A stretch of DNA of 52,132 nucleotides from contig NGBS01000871.1 of assembly GCA_002245135.1 (NCBI GenBank), positions 558,001 through 610,132 on the forward strand, read 5' to 3'. The stretch comes from Proteromonas lacertae. Its lineage: Eukaryota. The notes beneath the pieces are model-generated. The model was not told the origin of the DNA and did not search any database. It saw only the letters and a program-made list of their open reading frames with translations. How positions within the stretch are numbered: position 1 is the stretch's first letter; the number at the start of each line of letters is the position of its first letter. The position numbers and the translations under genes are program-made. Positions 27,439 through 39,878 of the stretch are shown in pieces.

Positions 27439-28870
27439 ATGGGTATAATTACTCTTTTTATTTCTTAGGAAGAGATTCACACAGTAGACACCATAGCTCA
27501 CGAAGAAGGAGCCGAAGTCGTGATAAAGAGAGAAAAAGAAGTCATAGTAGAGAAAAAAAGCATTCTAAATCTCGAAGTCGTGATAAACATCGTCATAGAA
27601 GTCGTAGTGACAGACACAAGTATCATGAGAGAAGAATTGAAAGAGATGAAAAAGAAAAGTATATTATTGATTATATTATATAATAAATAGACGAGAACAA
27701 AGACCAGCAACAACCTCATCATCAAAACCAGATGTAGAAGAGCCAAAGAAGAAAAGAAGATCTTTATTTGATGTTCGTCCTTCTGGTGTGACTGATGAAG
27801 TGATTGGTTTAGATTCTGATAATGCATTATTATTATCAATGTCAATTCCAACAGTCCAAACTGGTCCTCAAACTCGACATGCTCGACGATTATATGTAGG
27901 AGGAATAGGAGAATGTAGTGGTAAAGAAGTAGAAGCATTTTTCAATCAAAATATACGAAAAGCTTGTAATGTCGAGTTAAAACAAAATCCAGTGATTAAT
28001 GTCTTTTTATGTCAAGATAAGCGATATGCATTTGTTGAATTAAATAGTGTTGATATAACCAGTCAATGTCTAGGAATGGATGGAATTATGTTTAATGGCC
28101 AACCATTGAAAGTTCGTAGAGCAAATGATTTTAATCCAGCTCAATTACCACCACCTGATCCAAAAGCTCCTAAATTAGATTTACGTAAACTTGGTTTAAC
28201 GAATGTAGGTCCTCAAGTCGATGAACAAACTCCAAAATTTCTCTTTAGTGGTTTTAAAAGTGATAGTGCAAGTGAAAGTATATTTATTGAGTTATTTAAG
28301 CCATTCGGTAAATTATTAAAACTACAAATAATGCGAGATCCAGTTAGTTTGAGATGTCGAGGTTATGGATTTGGTGAATATGAAGATAATGTAATTTGTG
28401 ATTTGGCTTGTAACAATTTGAATGGATTAGATGTTGGTGAATTTATATTAAATGTAGAACCAGCTAATATGGATGCTTGTCAGAAAATAGTTCCACCAGA
28501 TCGAGCTGGTGATTTGGATGATTTATTAAAGGAATTAACAGAGAATTATGCAATTCCTAAGCAACCCAGTAGAATAATGGAAATAAAGAATATGATCAGT
28601 GGTGAAGATTTAGAAGATAGTGAAAAAATGCTAAAAATTCGTGAAGATTTGAATGGTGAATGTGTTCGATATGGAAGTGTAATGAGTATAGAAATTCCTA
28701 AGGAATTTAAAGATAAAATGAACAGTGGTAGAGTATTTGTAGAATTCGAGTTTATTGAAGAATGTAAAGCAGCAGTAACTCAATTATTTGGTCGAAAATA
28801 TGGTGATCGAATAATATTTACAGCATATTTTGATGAAGTTCGGTTTTTAAATGGAGATTTTTTATATTGA
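27439..28870 (+). CDS. U2AF2: splicing factor U2AF large subunit (U2AF65)
   Basis: Spliced N-terminal RS domain (MGRDSHSRHHSSRRRSRSRD), RRSLFDVRP, TRHARRLYVGG, YAFVEL, LKVRRANDFNP, RGYGFGEY, and a C-terminal UHM (ECVRYGSVMSIEIP...GRVFVEF...GRKY). Confidence 0.93.
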
Positions 28871-29034
28871 GTTTAATTTTTTTTAAATGAATTTTATTTG
28901 TTTGTTTAATGAGAAAGTAAAATATTTTGAATTGATAGTTGATTTATAGTTTATCATCTTCATAGAAATAAATAAAAAATGTAAATATGTTCGTTACAAA
29001 TATTTGAAAAATAAAAATTTTGTCAAATGAGTTA

Positions 29035-31607
29035 ATGAACTCAATATTTCCCAGTAATTGTGAAGTATATTTGATATTTATTTTTTATAGATACAAAATC
29101 GAGTAGAAAAGAGTGTATTTGAAGTAGAATTATTTGTGAAACACCAAAATGATATTAAAGTAGTAAAAATGTTAAAGATTGATGTAGTGAAGGAAAAGAA
29201 TAAATTGAAATTTTATGAAAATATATTTTTATTGAAAGAGAGTGTATTTCTTCTCTTGTGTATGGTTGTGAAATGTTTGAGTTGAATAATGGTGGTGAAT
29301 ACATGTTAATATCACAAGAATACTACAATATAGACTTAGAAGAGATAATTCAAAGAAAATGTATGTTAATTAGTGATATATGTAATATGATATGTTCATT
29401 GTGTGATGTGTTAATAGAATTGAGTGAAACTGATATAATGATAAGTAATTTGAAGAGTAGTAATGTGATATATGGAAAGAATGAAAGAGTAAAGTTGTGC
29501 GATTTGTTCTTAGATAATTTAAGAAAAGAAGAAGATTTAAGAATATATGATATCTGCTTCAAAAGCCCTGAAGAGTTGAATGGATATGAGTGTAATGATA
29601 GAAGTGTGATATGGTCAATTGGTTGTATATTATATGAGATGATAAACAAGAAATTACCATTTAATGAAGATAATAATATGAATGAAACAAAAGAAAATAT
29701 TCTGAGATGTAAATACAGTTTAGATGTAGAATTTGATAAAACAATGAAAGAGATAATAGAAAAAATGTTGAAAGTGAAGAGTGAAGATAGATTGAGTTTA
29801 AAAGAGTTGAAAAAAACAATGATTAAAACGAGTGAAATAATGAAAGATGAAGGTGATAATATGATGATATATAAAGAAAGAAAAGAAATATTATTCAATA
29901 TGATGATATTATTATCATCAGAATTATATAAATATCCAAATCTTAAGAAGATAATTATTTATGGAAATAAAAATATTCATTCAAGAGGATTAAAAGTATT
30001 CTCCAAATTTCCTATTTCAAAAGTGTTATTTGATTTTAAGAGTAAAGAGTTGCTGATTGATAAAGACATTCCAGAATTAGTAAAATACACCAATTTCACT
30101 GTAATTGATAATCCTAAATTAAATCTGAGTAATTTAGAAATTGATGATGATTATTTCAAATCATTCATTTCTTTAAGATCAAATGAATTAGGAGAAATAG
30201 AAGGATTGGATTTAAGTAGTATATTTTGATATTTTTATATTATTTAGATAATAAACTAGCACACAAAAGTATAGAAACACTTATAGACAATTTATCTTCA
30301 TTATCAAATCTCAATAAACTTCAAGTTTATGGAAATGAAATAGGAGATGAAGGAATGAAGATATTATCTCCACATATTCATTTATTGAATAGTGAAAATG
30401 TAATTAATTGTTCAAGTATAATTATAATTATTATGTTTTGAATAGAGATGGGATTATCTTCGACAGGATTGAAGTATTTATTAGATGGTTTAAAGAATAT
30501 TCATAAGAAGATCAAAAGACTTGATATAAGTGGTAATAATATAGATTCATCAGGAATAGAATATTTGATGAAATATATTAAAGAAAATGGTAATATCGAA
30601 ACTATATCTATTCAAGGTATAGATAGTTAATGTTTTTATTTTTTGAATAGATAATCCTATTGGTAATAATGGATTTAAACTATTATCAAACAATTTAGAT
30701 ATGATAAAATATGATGGCAAAATTGATTTGAGTAGAATTTCAATAGATGATGAGAGTGTGATATTATTAACGAACAAAATCAGCTCAATAGGAAGATGTA
30801 ATACAATAAATCTAAGTGGAAATGATATTAGAATAGAAGGATTAAAATTAATTTGTTCAAAATCAAATTGGAATTATCCATTTATAATGATGAGAAATTC
30901 CTCCTGGACAGATGAAGAATTGGAATATTATTTGAATTATTGCGTTGAAAAGAATAGATGTTCTTATAAAAGCCATGATTTTTCTAGTATAGATTATGAA
31001 TTAATAATGAAATAGATATGAATATCAATGATTGTCACATATCATTAATTAAACAGATCAATTATAAAACACTTTATTTATCACATAACATAATCAGTGC
31101 AAAGGGATTGAAAGAATTAACAGATTCATTATCACAGCATCCACAATATATATCAATATTCAATAATCCAATTGGAGATGAAGGAATAGAGATAATATGT
31201 AAATATATAAATAGATTTATTGACTGTAAAAATGTAGGATGTGGGATTTTATTATCATTGTGTCTGTCAAGTATTTATATTAATATTATTTAATCTTATT
31301 TTGAATAGATATAGATATGAGTGAAAAGGGATTAAGAACGTTGATAGAAAAATTAAAAGAGGGTTGTTTAGAGAAGATAGATATATCAGGAAATGAATTA
31401 AATGAAAGAGAATTGAGATTAATGATAGAAAACAAAGAAGTATTTGAATGTTTAGAAGATTTGTTTATAACAATGAAAAAAGATATAGATATATCAGAAT
31501 TGAAATCCTTTTTAAAGACATTTTCATCAATAAAAAGTATAAAAATAGATGGAATTTCAGAAGAAGAAAAGAAAGGGCTATCAGAAGAATTCTTCAATAT
31601 AAAATAA
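29035..31607 (+). pseudogene. pseudokinase + LRR protein, copy 3 (2-nt frameshift near 29236-29242 and internal deletion near 29900)
   Basis: ATG at 29035 and intron 29065-29090. An extra AG in GAGAGAG shifts the frame relative to paralogs. The kinase end ERKEILFN is fused directly to MILLSSELYKYPN, lacking the linker domain found in copies 1, 2 and 4. Confidence 0.7.
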
Positions 31608-34215
31608 TCTATTATTAACATATGCTATATTATAATTATCTTTGTATGTGAAGAAAAAATGAAAAGCTTTCTTTTTAAATTATTGGGGGAAACAATTCAA
31701 CCAAAATTTCGATATTTCTTTCTAAAACTCAAAATCGTCTCAAATGAATAATGATGAAGTATATAGGTAAATTATAATTCATAGAATATAAAAAGAGTGA
31801 AATATAATCACAGTGAAGTAGATTTGAGAATGGAAGAAGAAAGAGATAAATTAATAGAATGCTACAATAAGAAAACCAACGAAAATGTGTTATCAACGTT
31901 GTTAAAAATGAAATTATCCAAGGGAGATAATTCAATAAAGAATAATTTGAAATTCAAAATCTCTCACAGATGTGAAGAAGGGAATGAACGTTGTTTGGAT
32001 GAAATGATATTTGATATTGATACTGATAATGATGATAAAAATATTTTTGTAGTTGATTATTATTGTGTATGTTTTTGTGAAGAAGGGATGAGTTATTTCT
32101 TCAGAGTATTTAAACTAATCAATCCAACAAAACTTAGATTCAGTATAATTTATGTCATTTTCAATTGTGTAGATAATATTTCTATTCAAATCCAATATCA
32201 ATCATTATTTGGATCTTTATTCTCTCAATTATCAAGTCTAGAAGAGATAGAATTACATTCAATTTGTCTCGCTTCTGATTTTGTTGAATCATTTGTTAAA
32301 TCAATTCCGTTGATGAAATTGAAACATATACATCTTTCAAGTATATACTAATATTATGTTATATAAAATAATATTGATATAGCAAATCCAATTGGTTCAA
32401 AAGGCTTCAAATTATTACTTCCATATTTACATTTATTAATCAACAAAGATGATGAATTGGATCTTTGGGCAATGAATTTAAGTGATGAATCAATGATATT
32501 ATTATCATCAGAATTATACAAATATCCAAATGTTAAGAAAATTAATATTACAACGAATAATATTCATTCAAGAGGATTAAAAGCCTTATTCTCCAAGTTT
32601 CCTATATCAAAAGTGTTATTTGATCTTAATAGAAGTAAGGAATTATTAATAGATAAAGACATTCCAGATATATTGAAATACATCAAATATTTGGATTTGA
32701 GTGATTTAGAAATTGATGATGATTATTTCAAATCATTCATTTCTTTAAGATCAAATGAATTAGGAGAAATAGAAGGATTGGATTTAAGTAGTATATTTTG
32801 ATATTTTTATATTATTTAGATAATAAACTAGCACACAAAAGTATAGAAACACTTATAGACAATTTATCTTCATTATCAAATCTCAATAAACTTCAAGTTT
32901 ATGGAAATGAAATAGGAGATGAAGGAATGAAGATATTATCTCCACATATTCATTTATTGAATAGTGAAAATGTAATTAATTGTTCAAGTATAATTATAAT
33001 TATTATGTTTTGAATAGAGATGGGATTATCTTCGACAGGATTGAAGTATTTATTAGATGGTTTAAAGAATATTCATAAGAAGATCAAAAGACTTGATATA
33101 AGTGGTAATAATATAGATTCATCAGGAATAGAATATTTGATGAAATATATTAAAGAAAATGGTAATATCGAAACTATATCTATTCAAGGTATAGATAGTT
33201 AATGTTTTTATTTTTTGAATAGATAATCCTATTGGTAATAATGGATTTAAACTATTATCAAACAATTTAGATATGATAAAATATGATGGCAAAATTGATT
33301 TGAGTAGAATTTCAATAGATGATGAGAGTGTGATATTATTAACGAACAAAATCAGCTCAATAGGAAGATGTAATACAATAAATCTAAGTGGAAATGATAT
33401 TAGAATAGAAGGATTAAAATTAATTTGTTCAAAATCAAATTGGAATTATCCATTTATAATGATGAGAAATTCCTCCTGGACAGATGAAGAATTGGAATAT
33501 TATTTGAATTATTGCGTTGAAAAGAATAGATGTTCTTATAAAAGCCATGATTTTTCTAGTATAGATTATGAATTAATAATGAAATAGATATGAATATCAA
33601 TGATTGTCACATATCATTAATTAAACAGATCAATTATAAAACACTTTATTTATCACATAACATAATCAGTGCAAAGGGATTGAAAGAATTAACAGATTCA
33701 TTATCACAGCATCCACAATATATATCAATATTCAATAATCCAATTGGAGATGAAGGAATAGAGATAATATGTAAATATATAAATAGATTTATTGACTGTA
33801 AAAATGTAGGATGTGGGATTTTATTATCATTGTGTCTGTCAAGTATTTATATTAATATTATTTAATCTTATTTTGAATAGATATAGATATGAGTGAAAAG
33901 GGATTAAGAACGTTGATAGAAAAATTAAAAGAGGGTTGTTTAGAGAAGATAGATATATCAGGAAATGAATTAAATGAAAGAGAATTGAGATTAATGATAG
34001 AAAACAAAGAAGTATTTGAATGTTTAGAAGATTTGTTTATAACAATGAAAAAAGATATAGATATATCAGAATTGAAATCCTTTTTAAAGACATTTTCATC
34101 AATAAAAAGTATAAAAATAGATGGAATTTCAGAAGAAGAAAAGAAAGGGCTATCAGAAGAATTCTTCAATATAAAATAATCTATTATTAACATATGCTAT
34201 ATTATAATTATCTTT
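30132..34215 (+). repeat. near-identical direct duplication of about 1.5 kb (30132-31643 and 32704-34215; period 2572)
   Basis: All ORF translations are identical at an offset of 2572. Introns and 3' flank also match on reading. Confidence 0.95.
31744..34179 (+). CDS. kinase-less LRR protein, copy 4 (linker domain + LRRs, apparently intact)
   Basis: ATG at 31744 and 29-nt intron 31767-31795, then the linker domain (LIECYNKK..LDEMIF..CFCEEGMSYFFRVFKLINP) and phase-1 spliced LRR exons ending EEFFNIK*. Confidence 0.7.
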
Positions 34216-34284
34216 CTTTCTAAAACAAAAATGAAAAGCTTGAATATCTAGTTTGACATATAGTTTTTAAATTTGATTTATTGA

Positions 34285-35195
34285 ATGCTAGATAGAATAT
34301 TTGAAGACACAGATTGGAAAGAATGGTTAATTAATGTGGTAATATACCAAATAGCAAAACGGTTTGACTATATAGAACCAAATTTAAGATTTTTTCGAGA
34401 AGGTGATTTATCAATTTCATATCCTGTTAAACCTGATACATTCACGTATACTAACTGTATTTTATGGAATATAGTACAAATACGGTGAAATTACTTGCCT
34501 TATATATTCCCTTTATACTAATCCCATTCATAATAATCTATCTCCAAAATAAAGGATTTAGATTACCTACCTTTCAAAGAATAAATCTAGCCTTAGTTGA
34601 ATGTTGTTATTTTAATACATTCTTAATTGTAATATTCAAAACGATGAATGGTAGAATGAGACCTAACTTTTATTCACTATGTGGTTATGAATATAATAAT
34701 TCTACTCACTCATATGGAATAGCAGGAAAAATAGGAGATATAGTTAATTGTAAAGGAGAAGTATGAAATAATATTATGTAAAATATAGATAAGTGATATT
34801 TGGGAATCTAGGCGTAGTTTTCCATCTGGTCATTCCGCCTATGCTACATCAGGGTTGGTTTTTATTTCATTATTTATATATATGATTCTTAAACAAATTA
34901 AACCCAAATATTTTATTGTATTTATGTTATCTATCTATGAATATTATGTATTTAGTTATTGAAGATATTATTATCATCATTACCATCGTTTTTAGCTCTT
35001 TATATTGCTTCAACTAGAACTGTATTTATGATTTGTAGTATATATTATATTATATAGCAAGATAATTGGCACCACTTTTCAGATATTCTAGGTGGATGTA
35101 TTTTAGGTAGTTTAACAGCTTTCATTGTGTTCGAATTAAGAATAAACAACAACTACATGACAAATGTGAAATATAACTTACCCTATTTTATATAA
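34285..35195 (+). CDS. PAP2-family lipid phosphate phosphatase
   Basis: The three PAP2 motifs are present after splicing: KTMNGRMRP, SFPSGH and STRT|QDNWHHFSDILGG. Multiple TM helices. Confidence 0.9.
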
Positions 35196-35321
35196 TCCTT
35201 TATATAACTATTCTAAGTTGTTTATGATGAGTTGTGTGGAATAACGTTTCAAATTGAATTGGGTTATTCGAAAAGAAAACATTTTTTTCTTAAATTCGTT
35301 AATTCACCCAAAGATATTTTT

Positions 35322-35703
35322 ATGTTTAGAAAAGCTTTTTCTTTCTCATCTCCAACTTTTTACAAGAACTGTTGTAATGTTTTGATTAGTATAGTTATAA
35401 TTAATACCTATGTAGAACCTAAAGGAATAAAACCTTCCATCTCTTATATGATTCCTCATAACCGATATCAGTGTTTCTCTACCTCTCATTCTGCTTCATC
35501 TAATGTTGACAGTGAAGGATTGCCATCATATGTCAAAGTTGTGAAGAAAGTTCCAGAAACAGCACCAGATGTTGATAAGAATGCTAAGATTGATATAGAC
35601 GAAAAGAATCCTCCCAAGCCAGTAATGAAAAAGAGCTGGAATAGTTGTCCTTGTTTAAAGCATGGGTATATTTTTATCTTTTCTAATATTTAGAACCAAA
35701 TAA
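35322..35703 (+). CDS. small hypothetical protein, possible mitochondrion-related-organelle targeting peptide
   Basis: N-terminus MFRKAFSFSSPTFYK and RYQCFSTS. The intron near 35667-35693 gives the C-terminus CPCLKHGTK*. Confidence 0.4.
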
Positions 35704-36117
35704 ATAGTGTATTATAAAGTGATGTATATGTGTATGTTAAGATTTACAGTGTAAATATTTTGTACCTAAAAACAAAACAAATTTAGTATTTAGTATTTTT
35801 ATCTTTTTTGATTGGGATTTTATCACTTCAAAATCTTATGCATTGTTATATAACAAAACTATATAACTTTTGTATAGTGTGGAATAGTGTAAATATTCTT
35901 GGATTAATTCTTTTGCCTATCATTTGAAACAATAAAATTACCATAAACATGCTTATAATTCATTCTTTATTTCATTTCTAATGCAATAAAGCACAAGATT
36001 TGGTGGGCGGTATTAGCAAAATCAACCTCCAAAATTTAAATTTAAAAACTGTTGTTTGATTTTTAAAAATTGAATATTTGAATTTTGTAATTATTTCAGC
36101 ATATTAATCTTAATAAA

Positions 36118-37556
36118 ATGCAAAATATATCCGATGATATTGATGATTCATTTAGCTTTAATGCTGATGAAAGCATTATATCTTTAGGCGACATTTCAAT
36201 GTCATCTCCCCTAATCACAAGGCCGGTTGGTAGATGTCTGTTTGCTAGTGAAGAATCCATAAATAATATAAATCTAAAGAGAAAGGTATCAATATTAGGT
36301 GAGTTTATAACATTTATAGGCTGATGAGGATGCTTGCAAAGAAGTAGAACATAAGTTCAGAAGATGTTCTCTAGAAGATCATGAAGAAATAACAGAAGAC
36401 CCCTCATTTTCAATAGAATATGATTCACCTATTCACACCCCAAATTCAAGTCGTATCTTATTTCCAGATGTATATTTTAATTGTATTATAAATTATATCA
36501 TAGTCTCCGTTAAAATCTCCACCAAAAACACCTACAGTATCTTCATTTTCACGCAGATCAAGAGATAATGATGAACTATCATCCACAACCAATTTAAATC
36601 CCTTCATGAATGGAAATAAGATATCAGATTCTTCCTGTAATAGTTCAATAGATAGATATGCACATAGTCATTGGTTATCTACCAGAAGTGGTTCAATATC
36701 AAGATATATAGAAGATTTTCAAGAAGTATGTTGTATCGGTAAAGGAACATTTGGCTGTGTTTATAAATGTATCAAAAGAATGGATGGTGTAAGTTATGCT
36801 ATCAAGGAACTACGTATAAGTAAGAAAATAACCAAACAAACAATTCTTCAAGAGGTCTATGCTTTATCTGCATTGAGTTGTAGAGGTGATTTTAATAAAC
36901 ATATTGTGAGATACTTCAGCGCTTGGTGTGAAGATGAGAAGTTGTATTTACAAATGGAACTATGCGAATTGACTTTAGATAAGTATTTGTTAAATGTGAA
37001 AGTGAATGAAGAAAAAATTAAGAGAATTATGAAAGCAGTTCTTAAAGGATTAGCTTTTTTACATAATCAATACATTGTCCATTTGGATATTAAACCAGAA
37101 AACATATTTATACATAATGATGTGTTTAAAATTGGTGATTTAGGTTTTGCAACCCTACGTAATGGTATGCTGAGTGTTACTGAAGGTGATTGTCGATATA
37201 TGGCACCTGAATTATTGAATGAAGATTATAGTGACTTATCAAAAGCAGATATTTATTCATTAGGTATAATGATGTATGAAATTATCAGAAATAAACCATT
37301 ACCATATGCAGGTGATGAATGGTTGAAATTGAGAGAAAATAAATTTGAAAGTTTAGGTAGTTATTTTAAATTAGAGGTGATAATTAGGAAAATGATGAAT
37401 TCTGATCCTGATAAAAGGCCATCAGCTGCATCAATACTTCAAGATCCTTATTTCAAAGGAAAGAAGAGTAATGGTAACAGTGTTGAAAGTAATGACAATT
37501 GTAAAAAGTGTTATTGCTTAAACAATTTTAAGATTATGAGATCTACTACTATGTAA
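36118..37556 (+). CDS. WEE1: Wee1-like protein kinase
   Basis: SP/TP-rich N-terminus, then SRYIEDF, IGKGTFGCVYKCIKRMDGVSYAIK, HLDIKPENIF, KIGDLG, EGDCRYMAPE and KADIYSLG. Confidence 0.9.
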
Positions 37557-37799
37557 ATAACATCATATTCATGTTTAATTCTTCTTTGTTGATGAATTTT
37601 ATTTATTATTTAATTAATATGATTTATTTTATTATTTTTATATTTCTTTGTTTTTATATCATTCTTTTGTATTATATTGGTAATTTAAAAAATTATTTAT
37701 TTTTTAATTATGATGTTTTGACAATATTTGTCATAATAATTTAGCAAACTTACATCAAACCATCTTGAAAAAGAAACAAAATCGAATTTATAAGCAATA

Positions 37800-39734
37800 A
37801 TGGAGGCTGCTGATCAAAATAATAATGGAAATGCTAGAGCTCAGAGGACACTAGCTAATTGGCTTTTATTTCTTTTGTTACTTAACTTGTTCTTTAATAG
37901 AAGCAATGAGAGAAGTTCATTCCGAAAGGAAGTAGTGCCGACTGTATTATATTCGAATATATTGTGAATTAGTTATCTAAAGATGAATATAAAACAAAAG
38001 TAGATTATTTAGGTTCAATATTGAAGAATATGCCTCATCCTACACAGTCTCCAAGATATTTGAATGGAATCTATATGGGAAGATACAATCATACTCATGA
38101 AACAGCTGTTACTCTTTCACCAATATCGTATTTATTACATAGATGATATATTTATAGTGTTGTATCTGTTTATAATAGACAATATAATACTCCAAGTCAT
38201 GATAAGCATGAATATGGGGATATATCCTTACAAGTATTAAATTATTTACATTTTTGTGTATTTTGTATAGATAACTGATTCAAACACTACAATAGACGAT
38301 GTAAAGATAGTTAAAGGTAATGTAGCACTATTTGATAAAGTCACTGAAAATCTGATGAATATTGTAATGATTGGTTATTATATCGTTCCTTTAAATAGAA
38401 TACAGTTATATACCTCTACAATGAACAGTGTGATACAAATAAGATACAACCAAACTGCAAGTATTTTTATATATTTTTTCTGTTTATTTATAGTTGAACA
38501 ATACAACCAAAGTAAAGCAGAATATTTAAATCTATTAAACGATTATCCTCATAGATCCTATACATCCAGTATGTGTATAAGCGAATTAATAATTGAAGTT
38601 AAAAATTATTCTGAAAATGAAGAATATATGAAAGTATATATAAATATAATTTATTATTGTATTAGAATACTGGTTATATGAACAGTATAAACTGTGATAT
38701 TCATATCAATTTCACTGTAAAAGGACATCCATTTAGTTTTGATGATTTATCCTTCAATTCTAATATTTATGCAATAATTGTTATTGTCATAAGTATAATT
38801 GAATTGATTTGTACAGTAAACCAAATACAGAGTTCTAATACTGATGCTAAGAATGAAAAAATATCATTTTATACCACTGCTATTGTTTGTTCAAGTGATT
38901 GTTATTTTTCTATTATTCATTTTGTGATCGGTTCTCAGTTTTCTGATATAACGACTCTTTTTATGATAATTGCGTTATTGAAGTTTGTTTTGTTTGCATT
39001 TTATGATTTGAGATTTATGTTATTGACTTGGAAATCTCAAATAGATCCACGTATATTAATATATTTTGTTATTATATAGAAGTTGTTGATTTAAGACAAG
39101 GAATACTATCATTATATTTAAAGTTCTATTTCTTCCTATGTATTGGCTTTTTCTTCTGGCAAATTCCAATAGTTCCATATTTATATTGTATTTTATTTTT
39201 ATCACCGTTTATTCCACAAGTATATATATATTTATATATATATATAAATAGATATATAGAACAGCGTATAAGAATTATAGAAGATCAATATTGAGTGATA
39301 ATTATCTATATGGTTTATCACTATCAAGGTTATATGTAGTTTATTATTTCGGTTTATATTCTGGTAGTATAAGAGTCATTTTATTAGGTCATACTTATTA
39401 TTATTTATGGACATTTTTAACAACGTTTTGGATTATTCTTCAAGTGGTGATTATCAAATCACAGTCAATTTATGGACCAAGATTCTTCATTCCCAAAATG
39501 TTTTTGCCCAAAGTGTACAATTATCACAGAGCTATTCCAGAACATTGCTATTATACTGAAAATGGTGTTAAGACAGTGAGTGATTGCGTAATTTGTATGT
39601 CACCTATCAATCCTAAAGAAGATTACTTAATTACACCTTGTAATCATATTTATCATTCGAATTGCTTGCAGGAATGGATGGAAATGAAGATGGATTGTCC
39701 AACTTGTAGAAGTCATCTTCCTGATTTAGAATAA
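37800..39734 (+). CDS. Tul1/Dsc1/FLY-like multi-pass membrane RING-H2 E3 ubiquitin ligase
   Basis: N-terminal hydrophobic anchor, lumenal region and several TM helices. GPRFFIPKMFLPKVYNYHR precedes RING-H2 CVICM...TPCNHIYHSNCLQEWMEMKMDCPTCR. Confidence 0.87.
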
Positions 39735-39878
39735 TGTGTTTAATTGATATATATAGTTTCTAATTACATTATTATTATGTTAATAAGTTAATTATTCCAT
39801 GTTTTATTTGGATTTTAAAAAATCTATAGGTTTGATTATGTCAAACATTTTTGATATTTCTAATTTGTATTTTTCTCA

